The notes beneath the pieces were generated by a model, which saw nothing but the letters and a program-made list of their open reading frames with translations, did not search any database and was not told the DNA's origin. From Longimicrobiales bacterium (GTDB lineage: Bacteria > Gemmatimonadota > Gemmatimonadetes > Longimicrobiales > Gaopeijiaceae): a stretch of 64,000 nt of DNA. The DNA lies in NCBI GenBank assembly GCA_965116905.1, contig OZ220732.1, positions 2,880,001 to 2,944,000 on the forward strand, in the 5' to 3' direction. Shown piece after piece: positions 1-10,026 of the stretch; position 1 is the stretch's first letter, and each line of letters starts with the position of its first letter. A program made the translations under genes and the position numbers.

Positions 1-1
1 C

Positions 2-1354
2 CGCAGACAGCAGCTCGCGCAACATCAGGACGAGCTTGCGAGGCAGCTGGAGGGTACGCGCGCCGCACGGCAGCGGGCGGGACAGCGAGCAGCCGAGGCC
101 GATGCGGAGAGGGCAGGGCTGCTCGAAGAGGAGAAGGCGCTGAGCGCGCGGCTGGAGGAATTGCGCTCGCTGCACGCGGCCGTCGACGCCGAATGGGAAC
201 AGGCCCGCAACGCGGAATCGGAGACGGCGATCCGTCTTGCCCGCCTCGAAGGCGATTTCGAGCGCCTCGGCGACCGGATATCGGATGCAGAGAAGACGGT
301 GGCCCGGACGGGGGACCGGATCACCGGGCTTGAACGGGAGGCGGAGTCCCATGAAAAGGAGATTGCCCGGGTCCGGGACGAGCGGGAGCGCGCGCTGACG
401 GGGCTGGAGGACGTCTTCCGGCGGCGCGACGAGCTGCAAGGTGTACTCTCGCACCAGGACCGCCAGCTGCAGGCGGCGTCGGCCGAGGTGCTGAAGGTGG
501 AGCGCAGCGTCGGCGAGATTCGGGACCTCGAGCGCACCTCGGTGGACCGGAAGCACCGGCTCGAGCTTGAGCGTCAGGACTTGCGGAATCGGGCTGCCCG
601 GATCGGCGAGCGTCTCGAGACCGAATGGGGACGCCCGCTGGAGACGCTCCTCGATGAGGTCGAACCGGCGGAAGGCGACGCGGAAGAACTGCGCGACGAG
701 CTGACCGACATCACGGCACGTCTCGCGCGGATCGGACCCGTGAATATGCTGGCGGTCGAGGAACACGAGGAAGAAAGCACGCGTCTGGACTTCCTGATCG
801 GGCAACAGGAGGACCTGATGTCCGCACGCGACGACCTGCGGGCGGCCATACGGCGGATCAACGCCACGGCGACCGAGCTCTTCATGACGACGTTCGACGC
901 GATCCGCGAGAACTTCCGGCGGACGTTCGAACATCTGTTCAGCGGAGGAGAAGCCAATCTCTGGCTTGCGGACGCGGACGACCCGCTGGAGTCACGCGTG
1001 GAGATTCACGCGGCGCCGAGGGGCAAGAAGACGCAGCGAATCGATCTGCTTTCCGGGGGGGAGAGGGCCCTCACCGCCCTTTCTCTGCTCTTCGGCATCT
1101 ACCTGGTCAAGCCGAGTCCGTTCTGCGTCCTGGACGAGGTGGACGCGCCTCTGGACGAGTCCAACATCGGCCGTTTCGTTCGCCTTCTGCAGGGCTTCAA
1201 GGCGGACACCCAGTTTGTCGTCATCACCCACAACCCGTGGACCATCGAGGCGGCCGACTGGATCTACGGCGTCACGATGGAGGAGCCGGGGGTGTCTTCG
1301 ATCGTGGGAGTGCGGCTCGAGGGACGCACGGAGGCCGCGGGTACGGCAGCTTGA
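2..1354 (+). CDS. smc: Chromosome segregation protein SMC, C-terminal part (5' truncated by window)
   Basis: Long coiled coil, then GPVNMLA, ABC signature LLSGGERALTA, Walker B/D-loop FCVLDEVDAPLDESN and ITH motif. Confidence 0.96.
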   Translation, partial: RRQQLAQHQDELARQLEGTRAARQRAGQRAAEADAERAGLLEEEKALSARLEELRSLHAAVDAEWEQARNAESETAIRLARLEGDFERLGDRISDAEKTVARTGDRITGLEREAESHEKEIARVRDERERALTGLEDVFRRRDELQGVLSHQDRQLQAASAEVLKVERSVGEIRDLERTSVDRKHRLELERQDLRNRAARIGERLETEWGRPLETLLDEVEPAEGDAEELRDELTDITARLARIGPVNMLAVEEHEEESTRLDFLIGQQEDLMSARDDLRAAIRRINATATELFMTTFDAIRENFRRTFEHLFSGGEANLWLADADDPLESRVEIHAAPRGKKTQRIDLLSGGERALTALSLLFGIYLVKPSPFCVLDEVDAPLDESNIGRFVRLLQGFKADTQFVVITHNPWTIEAADWIYGVTMEEPGVSSIVGVRLEGRTEAAGTAA

Positions 1355-2124
1355 CCCCCTCGGTGACGGTCGTCGGATCCGGAACGCTCGTTCCGTCCGG
1401 TGAACGGTCTTCGCCGGCCCACCTGGTGGAGTCCGGCCCCACGCGCCTTCTGCTCGACGCGGGCCCCGGGACTGTTCACGGGCTGGCACGCCACGGCCTG
1501 CCCTGGTGGAAGATCACGCACGTCGTCTTCACCCACTACCATACCGACCACTTCGGCGATCTGCACCACCTCCTCTTTGCCATGAAATGGGCGTCTCCGG
1601 CACCCCGCAGCCGTCCGCTGCGGATCCTCGGACCGCCCGGGCTGGCCGAACGCGTCGAAGCGTTGCAGCGTGCGCACGGCGATTACATCGTCCGCCCCGG
1701 ATTCGACCTGGACTACGAGGAGGTCGCACGCTCCGGGATCTGGCACGAAACGGACGCGCCGCTGACGCTCCGATTCCATCCGGTGCCGCATACCGACAGT
1801 TCGGTCGCCGTGCGCGTCGAGATCGCCGGGCGGGCCGTGGGGTATACCGGGGATACGGGCCCGGACCGGACGCTGGGACCGTTTCTGCAAGGCGTGGACG
1901 TGCTGATCAGCGAGTGCGCACACCCCGACCCCGCGCCCCCGGGGTGCCACCTGTCACCGGCTTCGGTGGCCGCGATGGCCCGCCGTGCCGAACCGGGAGT
2001 CCTGGTGCTCACGCACATGTATCCCCCCCTCGACGCCTCGTCGGCCCCGTCCCTTGTGCGCAAGGCCGGCTACCGGGGCAACGTCGTCTGCGCCAGTGAC
2101 GGACAACGCTTTGGGCTCGAATAG
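1351..2124 (+). CDS. MBL-fold metallo-hydrolase, RNase Z/BN-like
   Basis: VVGSG, LLLDAGPG, THYHTDH, YTGDT and LTHMY motifs; TTG start overlaps the smc stop (TTGA). Confidence 0.85.
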   Translation: MTPSVTVVGSGTLVPSGERSSPAHLVESGPTRLLLDAGPGTVHGLARHGLPWWKITHVVFTHYHTDHFGDLHHLLFAMKWASPAPRSRPLRILGPPGLAERVEALQRAHGDYIVRPGFDLDYEEVARSGIWHETDAPLTLRFHPVPHTDSSVAVRVEIAGRAVGYTGDTGPDRTLGPFLQGVDVLISECAHPDPAPPGCHLSPASVAAMARRAEPGVLVLTHMYPPLDASSAPSLVRKAGYRGNVVCASDGQRFGLE

Positions 2125-2289
2125 GCGGTGGAGCCCGCACGGGTGGCCTACACGGGTGGACCTTTTCTCCCGTGTTGTTTACGATTCGCATTCCTTCCGG
2201 CCACCCCGCACAATCTTCGGCGGCGCAACCGGCTGCCCCCGCCGCCGCCCGGGGCCTTCGACACGTTCCTTGAAGGAGAGAAACCTGCC

Positions 2290-3372
2290 GTGCTGATCGT
2301 CATGGATCATCGGGCCACGCCCGAACAGATCGATCGAGTCGTGGACGTGATCGAAGAGATGGGGTACGGGGCCAAGCCGATGCCGGGACGGCAGCGGACC
2401 GCCATTGGACTCGTTGGAAACGATGGACGCGTGGAGTCGGCCAGGCTCGAAGGGCTCGAAGGCGTCCGCGAGGTGATCAAGGTCAGCAAGCCCTACAAGC
2501 AGGTCTCCAGGGAATGGAGGGAGGAGGACTCGGTCGTCACGCTCGGAAACGGCGTGGTCCTCGGGGGCAGGGGAGTCGTTCTGATGGCCGGGCCCTGCGC
2601 GGTCGAAGGGCGCGAGCAGATTCTGGACATCGCCGCGCAGGTGTGTGATCTGGGTGCCAGCGTGCTGCGCGGCGGGGCGTTCAAACCCCGGACCTCACCC
2701 TATTCGTTCCAGGGACTGGGCGTGCGCGGACTGGAACTGCTGGCGGAAGCCCGGGAGCGGACGGGCCTGGCCATCGTGACGGAGGCCGTCGAACCCGAGG
2801 GTGTCGCCGTCGTCGCCGAGTACGCCGACGTGATCCAGATCGGTGCGCGCAACATGCAGAACTACCCACTGCTCAAGCGCGCGGGCCGGGTCGGGAAGCC
2901 GGTGCTCCTCAAGCGCGGAATGTCGGCGACGATCACGGAGCTGCTGCTCGCGGCGGAGTACCTGCTCAACGAGGGAAACCCGGACGTCATCCTCTGTGAA
3001 CGAGGTGTTCGCAGCTTCGATCCGCAGACGCGAAACGTCTTCGACCTGACCGCGATCCCGCTCGTCAAGTCGTTGACGCACCTGCCGATCGTCGCCGACC
3101 CCAGTCACGGCACCGGCGTGCGCACCAAGGTCACGCCGATGGCCCGCGCTGCAGTGGCGGCCGGCGCGGACGGCCTGATCGTGGAGGTGCACCCCAACCC
3201 GCCGGAGGCGCTCTCGGATGGTGCCCAGAGCCTGTACCCGGAGCAGTTCGCGGAGCTGGTCGCCCACTGCGGTCCGATTGCGCGAGCCATCGGCCGGGGC
3301 CTGACCACGCTTCCGGGACCTGCGGTGGCCGGCGCCGGGGAAGCGGTCTCGGCCGCGAGCGCCTCGGTGTAG
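2290..3372 (+). CDS. aroF: DAHP synthase, type I-beta with N-terminal regulatory domain
   Basis: [45 protein letters not shown] motifs; GAAGGAG SD upstream of GTG. Confidence 0.95.
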   Translation: MLIVMDHRATPEQIDRVVDVIEEMGYGAKPMPGRQRTAIGLVGNDGRVESARLEGLEGVREVIKVSKPYKQVSREWREEDSVVTLGNGVVLGGRGVVLMAGPCAVEGREQILDIAAQVCDLGASVLRGGAFKPRTSPYSFQGLGVRGLELLAEARERTGLAIVTEAVEPEGVAVVAEYADVIQIGARNMQNYPLLKRAGRVGKPVLLKRGMSATITELLLAAEYLLNEGNPDVILCERGVRSFDPQTRNVFDLTAIPLVKSLTHLPIVADPSHGTGVRTKVTPMARAAVAAGADGLIVEVHPNPPEALSDGAQSLYPEQFAELVAHCGPIARAIGRGLTTLPGPAVAGAGEAVSAASASV

Positions 3373-3423
3373 CCGAAAGTCCCATCCAGCCATGTAGGCG
3401 CCCACGTCGCGGGCCCAGCTTGC

Positions 3424-3798
3424 ATGGCGATGAAGAACGACCGGTGGGGACTGGGGCGGCGTGGCGAAGCCGTGGCTGCGGATTATCTGCGGGAACGGGG
3501 ATGGGTGCTGCTGGCGCGCAACTTCAGAGCCGGCCCCAAGGAGTTGGATCTCGTTGCGGCGCGCGGCGGGATCGTAGCCTTCGTAGAGGTGAAGACACGC
3601 TCCACGGCGACGGGAGGCACGCCTCTGGAGCCGATTCGGGCGCTCAAGCGGAGGGCGGTCGAAGCGGCCGCCCGCCGATGGATCCACGAACACGGCAGGC
3701 CGGGGGTCGCGTACCGCTTCGACGCGATCGCGGTGGACATGACCGGAGGCACGGCGCGGGTCGAGCACATTCCGGACGCGTGGCGCCCCGGCACATAG
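3424..3798 (+). CDS. yraN: YraN (UPF0102) nuclease-fold protein
   Basis: GRRGE..A..YL, RNFR, ELDLVA, FVEVKTR, RFDAIAV and HIPDAW motifs. Confidence 0.92.
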   Translation: MAMKNDRWGLGRRGEAVAADYLRERGWVLLARNFRAGPKELDLVAARGGIVAFVEVKTRSTATGGTPLEPIRALKRRAVEAAARRWIHEHGRPGVAYRFDAIAVDMTGGTARVEHIPDAWRPGT

Positions 3799-3840
3799 CC
3801 CCGGCGGGCGCCAGGGTGCACCGGAGACCGTGGCGCTCCG

Positions 3841-3870
3841 TTGACGCCCCCTCCCGGACCCGGGTAGCTT
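3841..3870 (+). promoter_or_regulatory. Sigma-70-like promoter for the SRP RNA
   Basis: TTGACG (3841-3846), 18 bp, TAGCTT (3865-3870), ending 5 nt before the SRP RNA 5' stem. Confidence 0.6.
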
Positions 3871-3875
3871 TGGCC

Positions 3876-3975
3876 GTGCCCCAGGTCCGCGGGACCGGAA
3901 CCCATGAACCCCGTCAGGACCCCGCAGGTAGCAGCGGTAAGTGCGGTGAACGTCGCCGCGGAGTGCCTGGGGCAC
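3876..3975 (+). ncRNA. ffs: Signal recognition particle RNA (4.5S)
   Basis: Closing stem GTGCCCCAGG/CCTGGGGCAC; core TGAACCCCGTCAGG...GGTAGCAGC; typical position upstream of dnaX. Confidence 0.9.
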
Positions 3976-4016
3976 CTCGCGCCCCGTCCGGCCAACCGTG
4001 AGTCCACGCCGCCACC

Positions 4017-5768
4017 TTGTCCTATCTCGCCCTAGCCCGGAAGTATCGGCCCCGACGCTTCGGGGAGGTGTCGACACAGGAGCACGTGTCCCAGACGCTT
4101 CGGCACGCGGTGGCCGGGAACCGTGTCGGTCACGCCTACCTCTTCTGCGGTCCGCGCGGCGTCGGCAAGACGACGTTGGCACGCGTTCTCGCGATGTCGC
4201 TCAACTGTCCCGACCGCACCCCCGAGGGGGAGCCCTGTGGTGTCTGCAGTGACTGCTCCCACATCTGGGCGGGCCACACCTCGCTCGATGTGGTGGAGAT
4301 CGACGCGGCCTCCAACCGGGGCGTCGACGACGCCCGCGAACTGCGTGAACGCGCGATGTACGCGCCCTCCGAAGAGGACCGGTACAAGGTCTACATCCTC
4401 GACGAGGCCCACATGCTTACGCGCGAGGCCTGGAACGCGCTCCTCAAGATCCTGGAGGAGCCTCCGCCGAGGGTGATCTTCGTCTTCGCCACCACGGAGC
4501 CCCGCAAGATCCGCCAGAGTGCGTCCCCGATCCTGTCGCGCTGCCAGCGGTTCGACTTCCGCCGCATCGGCGCCAGCGACATCATGCAGCGGTTGCAGGA
4601 GGTGTTGGAAGCCGAGGGCATCAAGGCGGATCCCGAGGCGCTGCGGGCGATTGCCCGGAAGGCGAACGGGGGCATGCGCGACGGACTGTCGCTGCTGGAC
4701 CAGGTGCTGGCCCTGTCCGACGAGAGCGTGAGCATGGATTCGGTCGTGCGCGTCCTCGGTGTGGTGGATGAACAGCGCTACCTCGATCTCCTCGACATCG
4801 TCATCGAGCGCCGACATGGTGCCGTCTTCGAGTTCGTCGAAGAGCTGATCGACGAAGGGCACGACCTCGTCGAGTTCTACTACGGGCTGGCGGAGAAGCT
4901 GCGCCTGTTGCTGCGCATGTCGCTGGACGCCCCATCCACGGGGGGCGACCTGAACGAGGACCTGCGCGACGATTTCGCCCGGCGCGCGTCGGCGTTCGCT
5001 CCGGGGGACCTGGTCAGGATGCTGGCCATGGCTTCGGCCCTGGAGGCCGACGGCAGCCTGCGCCGCACGGGCAGGCCCCGTGTGCTGATCGAGATGCTCC
5101 TGCTCCGGATGAGCTACCTGGACCGGACGGTGGAACTGGAGGAGATCATCCGGGCACTCGGTGGAACACCGCCCCGGGAGTCTGCACAGTCGGCGCCGTC
5201 CCCGCAGGAGGCCGCCGCGCCCCGGGTCTCCGGCGGCGGTGCATCTCCGGAAGCGCGCGTCAGTGTGCCCGTAGCGCGCGCCACCGTGCCCGACGTGCCC
5301 GCCCAGGGAGCCCCCGCTGGCGGTCCGGACGCGTCTCCCGCGCCGTCCGAAGGAACCGCCGACACGATATGGAGCGCGGTGCTGCGGGACCGGAAGCGAG
5401 TCGAACTCGGGCTTTCGGGCCTCCTGCGCGGATCGGCCACGCTGACCGAGAACGACAAGGGGCTGTCGCTGATGGTTGGCGCGGGGCCGGCATCCGACGA
5501 ACTGCGGGACGCGGCGAAGCGGCGCGCGCTGCTCGACGCGCTGGCCCTTCATTCGGGCCGTGAATCTGCAGAGATTTCAATCGAGATCGACGAGGGTGAT
5601 CGTTCAGGTGGCGAGAGTGTCCCGGGCGGGAAAGCCGGTCCCCCGGGCGGCGCCACCGGAAGAATCACTCGGGACTCGGTTCAGGAGTCGCGTCTGAACG
5701 AACTCGTCAAACGTGCTCCGCAACTCGAGAAGGCCATCGTGGAACTGGATCTCGAGCTGGTGGACTGA
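4017..5768 (+). CDS. dnaX: DNA polymerase III subunit gamma/tau
   Basis: LARKYRP, GPRGVGKTT, Zn-binding cysteines, EIDAASNRGVDD, DEAHML, SRCQRF. Confidence 0.97.
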   Translation: MSYLALARKYRPRRFGEVSTQEHVSQTLRHAVAGNRVGHAYLFCGPRGVGKTTLARVLAMSLNCPDRTPEGEPCGVCSDCSHIWAGHTSLDVVEIDAASNRGVDDARELRERAMYAPSEEDRYKVYILDEAHMLTREAWNALLKILEEPPPRVIFVFATTEPRKIRQSASPILSRCQRFDFRRIGASDIMQRLQEVLEAEGIKADPEALRAIARKANGGMRDGLSLLDQVLALSDESVSMDSVVRVLGVVDEQRYLDLLDIVIERRHGAVFEFVEELIDEGHDLVEFYYGLAEKLRLLLRMSLDAPSTGGDLNEDLRDDFARRASAFAPGDLVRMLAMASALEADGSLRRTGRPRVLIEMLLLRMSYLDRTVELEEIIRALGGTPPRESAQSAPSPQEAAAPRVSGGGASPEARVSVPVARATVPDVPAQGAPAGGPDASPAPSEGTADTIWSAVLRDRKRVELGLSGLLRGSATLTENDKGLSLMVGAGPASDELRDAAKRRALLDALALHSGRESAEISIEIDEGDRSGGESVPGGKAGPPGGATGRITRDSVQESRLNELVKRAPQLEKAIVELDLELVD

Positions 5769-5799
5769 GCGGCGAACCCAAGCAACCGGCAGAAGCGAA

Positions 5800-6117
5800 A
5801 TGACGAATATCCAGCAGTTGATGAAGATGGGACAGCAGATCCAGGCCAGGATCAAGGAGTTGCAGGACAGTCTGCACACGGAGGAGCTGACGGCTTCGTC
5901 CGGGGGCGGCATGGTGACGGCGCGCGTAAACGGCAAGGGCGACCTCCGGGGCATCTCGATCGACCCGGAAGTGATCGACGCGGAAGATCCCGAGATGCTC
6001 GAGGATCTGGTCGTGGCGGCTGTCGCGGAGGCCCAGAACCGCGCGCGTGATTTCTCGGAAGAACGCATGCGCGGAGCGGCAGGGGGGCTGCCGGTCCAGT
6101 TGCCAGGGCTTTTCTGA
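5800..6117 (+). CDS. ybaB: YbaB/EbfC nucleoid-associated protein
   Basis: SSGGGMVT and D.EMLEDLVVAA motifs; dnaX-ybaB-recR synteny. Confidence 0.95.
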   Translation: MTNIQQLMKMGQQIQARIKELQDSLHTEELTASSGGGMVTARVNGKGDLRGISIDPEVIDAEDPEMLEDLVVAAVAEAQNRARDFSEERMRGAAGGLPVQLPGLF

Positions 6118-6126
6118 CCCCGGCTC

Positions 6127-6741
6127 TTGGATAACCGCCGCCCGGCACAATCGCCGATCGACGAGCTCTGCCGAGAGCTGCGGAAGCTTCCCGGAATCGG
6201 AACGAAGACCGCCTTGCGCCTGGCGTTTCATCTCGTCAAGGGATCCAGGGACGATATCCGCCGGCTTGCGGACGTGCTGCTCGAGGTCGCGGAGCGGATA
6301 CACCCTTGCCCACGGTGCGGCAACTATTGCGATGGGGCGCTCTGCCCGGTGTGCCGGGACCCGTCCCGCGACCACGGCATTATCTGCGTGGTCGAAGAAG
6401 CCTACGAGGTGGGGGCCATCGAGAGGGCCGGACGGTACAGGGGACTCTTCCACGTTCTCGGCGGCCGACTCTCTCCTCTTGACGGCGTGGGGCCCGAGCA
6501 TCTGAATATCGATGGCCTGGTCAGCCGGATCACCGATGCGCCCGAGCCGACCGAGGAGGTCATCCTCGCGACCAACGCGAGTGTCGAAGGAGAGGCCACT
6601 GCCGTGTACCTGCAGGGGTTGCTGCGGCCCCACGTGTCGCGAGTGACGCGCCTGGCCAGGGGAATTCCGGTCGGGAGCGACCTGGAGTACGTTGACGGCA
6701 CAACCATCGGCGAGGCTCTGGCCGGCCGCCGGGAAATGTAG
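6127..6741 (+). CDS. recR: Recombination mediator RecR
   Basis: LPGIGTKTA HhH, C4 zinc finger, ICVVE, Toprim EVILAT..EGEATA, GSDLEYVD. Confidence 0.97.
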   Translation: MDNRRPAQSPIDELCRELRKLPGIGTKTALRLAFHLVKGSRDDIRRLADVLLEVAERIHPCPRCGNYCDGALCPVCRDPSRDHGIICVVEEAYEVGAIERAGRYRGLFHVLGGRLSPLDGVGPEHLNIDGLVSRITDAPEPTEEVILATNASVEGEATAVYLQGLLRPHVSRVTRLARGIPVGSDLEYVDGTTIGEALAGRREM

Positions 6742-6754
6742 GGGGGGAGGCATC

Positions 6755-7054
6755 GTGAATCGACGGACGCGGCGGATCGGTCTGTTTCTGCTTGGTGCGG
6801 GTGCGGTGGGTGCGCTGACGGCGTTGCTGCTGAAGCACCAGGTGGTACGGCACCGGCGCGAACTCTTCAGTTCCAACCCGTTCAGGCGACTGGCGGCGCT
6901 CCGGCACATGGCCGGCGAACCCGCCACCGTCGACGGGATCACCGTACTCCGCGATTTCGCCGCGTGGGAGCCGCGGCGCCTCCTGAGGACCCGCGCCGCC
7001 TCCGTGCTTGTGCGCATGCAAAGGGAACTGCGGCAGAAAGCCGAGGGCAGGTGA
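6755..7054 (+). CDS. Small membrane-anchored hypothetical protein (possible HEAT-like helices)
   Basis: GTG start after GGAGG, N-terminal hydrophobic helix, stop overlaps pgsA start. Confidence 0.65.
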   Translation: MNRRTRRIGLFLLGAGAVGALTALLLKHQVVRHRRELFSSNPFRRLAALRHMAGEPATVDGITVLRDFAAWEPRRLLRTRAASVLVRMQRELRQKAEGR

Positions 7055-7680
7055 ACCTACCCAACGCGATTACGATGGCGCGGATCGCGGTCAGTCCCCT
7101 GATCGCCTACCTCGCCCTCTCAACCACGGTCGTGAACCGGTACGCGGCTTTTGTACTGTTTCTGCTGGCCGCGTTTTCGGATGTCTGGGACGGTTATCTG
7201 GCCCGGAGGCACGGGTGGGTCACGGACATGGGCAAGCTCCTCGATCCGATTGCCGACAAACTGCTCCTGGTGAGCACTTTCGTGCCGATTTTCATCATTT
7301 CGCGCCGTGCCGACGAGTTCAGCAACCTCCCGTGGTGGGGCACCCTGCCGGTGTGGGTCGTCGTCGTGGTGTTCGGAAGGGAGCTGTTCGTCACGCTGTT
7401 TCGGGCCTACGCCGCCCGCCGCGGAGTGGTGATCGCCGCCGGAACGCTGGGGAAGCGAAAGGCGCTGCTCCAAAACTTCTTCATCGGTGCACTTCTTTTG
7501 TGGTATCCGCTGCTCCTTTCAGCCACTGCCCTGGGATGGTCCGGATCCTCGTGGGCTGCCTGGCGGGTGGTCCACACGAGTTGGATCGGTGTCACCCTGG
7601 GTCTTGCGGTCCTGCTCACGCTGCTTTCGATGGGTGACTACCTGTGGCGGTATCGGGTCCTGTTGGGGAGGAGGGGGTGA
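7051..7680 (+). CDS. pgsA: CDP-diacylglycerol--glycerol-3-phosphate 3-phosphatidyltransferase
   Basis: NLPNAIT..RI; D..DGYLARR....D.GK.LDPIADK motif. Confidence 0.9.
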   Translation: MNLPNAITMARIAVSPLIAYLALSTTVVNRYAAFVLFLLAAFSDVWDGYLARRHGWVTDMGKLLDPIADKLLLVSTFVPIFIISRRADEFSNLPWWGTLPVWVVVVVFGRELFVTLFRAYAARRGVVIAAGTLGKRKALLQNFFIGALLLWYPLLLSATALGWSGSSWAAWRVVHTSWIGVTLGLAVLLTLLSMGDYLWRYRVLLGRRG

Positions 7681-8195
7681 CGACCGAGCCCGCGACCGAC
7701 TATCGATCCATCCCGGAGCTGGCGCAGCGCCTTTCGGACCTTTCGCGTGAACGCGGACTGAAGATCGCGACGGCGGAGAGCTGTACGGGCGGCATGGCGG
7801 GGGCGGCCATCACGGATCACCCCGGCGCCTCCGCACACTACGTCGGGGGCGTGGTCGCCTATTGCGACGACATCAAGGTGCGCTGCCTGGATGTCGACCC
7901 GATGGTCATCAGCTCCCACGGCGCAGTGTCCCGGCTGGTTGCCCTCCAGATGGCGTTCGGGGCACGCCGGCGTTTCTCCGCCGATGTGGCCCTGGCGGTG
8001 ACGGGGATTGCGGGCCCGCGGGGAGGCAGCCCCGAGAAGCCGGTGGGAACCGTCTGGATCGCGGTGGCGCTGAGCGATGGAACCGGCACGGCGCGGCGTA
8101 TGCAGTTCAAGGGCGGGCGCGCGTCGATCCGGGACAGGAGCGTCGCCGCCGTTCTGCGGATGGCGACGGAGGCGATCGCGACGCGCGATCTGTGA
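7677..8195 (+). CDS. pncC: CinA C-terminal domain protein / NMN deamidase
   Basis: ATAESCTGG, HGAVS and TGIAGP.GG...KPVGTV motifs. Confidence 0.9.
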   Translation: MTTEPATDYRSIPELAQRLSDLSRERGLKIATAESCTGGMAGAAITDHPGASAHYVGGVVAYCDDIKVRCLDVDPMVISSHGAVSRLVALQMAFGARRRFSADVALAVTGIAGPRGGSPEKPVGTVWIAVALSDGTGTARRMQFKGGRASIRDRSVAAVLRMATEAIATRDL

Positions 8196-8303
8196 ACGGA
8201 GGCCGCAAGTGGCCATAATGGATAGGCGTGAGAGGGTTGACGCGCCAAGGGCGGCCGGCAGCCGTGCCGGTCACCGTGTGATCACAGACGGGTTGAAGGT
8301 GGA

Positions 8304-8891
8304 ATGACGGACAAACGACCAAACGAAGAGGCGAACCCTGTGAATCCGGCGGAACCGGAGGATCGTCCGGAGGAGGAAGCGGACGACGCGCCGGCGGCTC
8401 ACGAGCCGGCCGGAGAACCGGAACACACGGATGAGGAAGACATCGCCGAGCGGCTTCGAGCCGAGCGCGACAGGACCAGGGACCAGCATCTGAGACTGGC
8501 GGCCGACTTCGACAACTACCGAAAGCGCACCGAGGACCGGTTGCGCCAGCGATGGAACAGTGCCCAGGCCGACTTGATCTCACGTCTTCTCGACCCTCTC
8601 GACGACCTCCTGCGGGTCACGGCCCTGGAACCCGAAACTGCATCGGTGGAGGCCATCGTCGAGGGCGTCGACCTCGTCGAACGGAAGTTCTTCCGCGTGC
8701 TCGAGGACATCGGGGTGGAAATCGTCGACCCTGCGGGAGACGCCTTCGACCCCAACACGATGGAAGCGATGATGCAGGTGCCGGCCGAGTCGGAAGACGA
8801 CGATGAGACCGTGGCACAGGTGTTTCAGCGGGGGTATGCCATGAAGGGCCTTCTGGTGCGTCCCGCGCGCGTCAGCGTCTACAAGGCGTAA
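8304..8891 (+). CDS. grpE: Nucleotide exchange factor GrpE
   Basis: ADFDNYRKR, FDPN..EA, QRGY...LVRPARVSV. Confidence 0.96.
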   Translation: MTDKRPNEEANPVNPAEPEDRPEEEADDAPAAHEPAGEPEHTDEEDIAERLRAERDRTRDQHLRLAADFDNYRKRTEDRLRQRWNSAQADLISRLLDPLDDLLRVTALEPETASVEAIVEGVDLVERKFFRVLEDIGVEIVDPAGDAFDPNTMEAMMQVPAESEDDDETVAQVFQRGYAMKGLLVRPARVSVYKA

Positions 8892-8910
8892 CGGCGGGGG
8901 CGCGAGCCAT

Positions 8911-10020
8911 ATGACGCAGCCGACCAAGGACTACTACGCGATACTCGGCGTCGACGAGAAAGCCGATCAGGCAGCGATCAAGAGCGCCTATCGGCGACTG
9001 GCAAAGCGCTTTCACCCGGACGCCAACCAGGGCAACCCCCGCGCGGCGGAGCGGTTCAAGGAGGTCGGCGAGGCCAACGGCGTGCTTTCCGATCCGAAGA
9101 AGCGGAAGCAGTACGATCAAATGCGCAAGCTGGGAGCCTTCGGCTTCGGGGGTGCGCGAAGACCGGGGTCGCGCGCGAGCCCGCAGGGCACCTCGAATTT
9201 CTCCTTCGAGGATCTCGGGGGTCTCGGCGGCTTCTCGGACATCTTTTCCTCCATCTTCGACCGGGGCAAGAAGCAGAGCCCGAAACCCGGCGGTCCCAGC
9301 AAGGGCAAGGATATCGATTACAGCGTGGAGGTTGCGTTCAAGACCGCCGTGCAGGGGGGCAAGGTCGCGATCTCGGTGCCGATCAACGAGGAATGCGCCA
9401 CCTGCCGAGGCTCCGGCGGGGCGCCGGGCACAGCCTGGAACAGGTGCGCCGAGTGCAAGGGGAAGGGAAGCGTCTCGTTCGGTCAGGGCGGTTTCGCGGT
9501 CAACCGCCCCTGTCCTGCGTGCCTGGGCCGTGGCGAGCGGCCCGACAAGGAGTGCGAGGCGTGCGATGGTACGGGGAAGGTCCACCAGGACCGCAAGATC
9601 CAGGTGTCGGTCCCCGCCGGCGTGCGGACCGGCTCCAAAGTCCGCCTGACCGGCCAGGGCGAACGCGGGCAGAAGGGTGGGGCGCCCGGGGATGTGGTCA
9701 TCACCTTCAAGGTGGAGCCGCACGCGTTTTTCCGGCGCGACGGCAACGATATCCATGTCACCGTTCCGATCAACCTTGCGCAGGCGGCCCTCGGGTCGCG
9801 CATCCGGGTCTCGACCATTTCGGGGCGGAAGGTCGTGCTCCGCATCCCGCCTGGCACGCAGCCGGGCACGCGTTTCCGCATCCGGGGCCAGGGGATCAGG
9901 AGCAAGGGCCGGACGGGCGATCAGTTGGTCGAAGTGAAGGTTGCCGTGCCCGAATCCCTGAGCGAGGAGCAGGCGGAGCAGTTTCGGGAGTTCGCCGACA
10001 CCGCGGGAATGAAGTGGTGA
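8911..10020 (+). CDS. dnaJ: Molecular chaperone DnaJ (type I)
   Basis: J domain with HPD, G/F region, four CxxCxGxG repeats, C-terminal domain. Confidence 0.96.
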   Translation: MTQPTKDYYAILGVDEKADQAAIKSAYRRLAKRFHPDANQGNPRAAERFKEVGEANGVLSDPKKRKQYDQMRKLGAFGFGGARRPGSRASPQGTSNFSFEDLGGLGGFSDIFSSIFDRGKKQSPKPGGPSKGKDIDYSVEVAFKTAVQGGKVAISVPINEECATCRGSGGAPGTAWNRCAECKGKGSVSFGQGGFAVNRPCPACLGRGERPDKECEACDGTGKVHQDRKIQVSVPAGVRTGSKVRLTGQGERGQKGGAPGDVVITFKVEPHAFFRRDGNDIHVTVPINLAQAALGSRIRVSTISGRKVVLRIPPGTQPGTRFRIRGQGIRSKGRTGDQLVEVKVAVPESLSEEQAEQFREFADTAGMKW

Positions 10021-10026
10021 GGTCGG

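Noticed and set aside
4017..5768. Programmed frameshift in dnaX
   Set aside because: No A-AAA-AAG or long A-run slippery site is visible.
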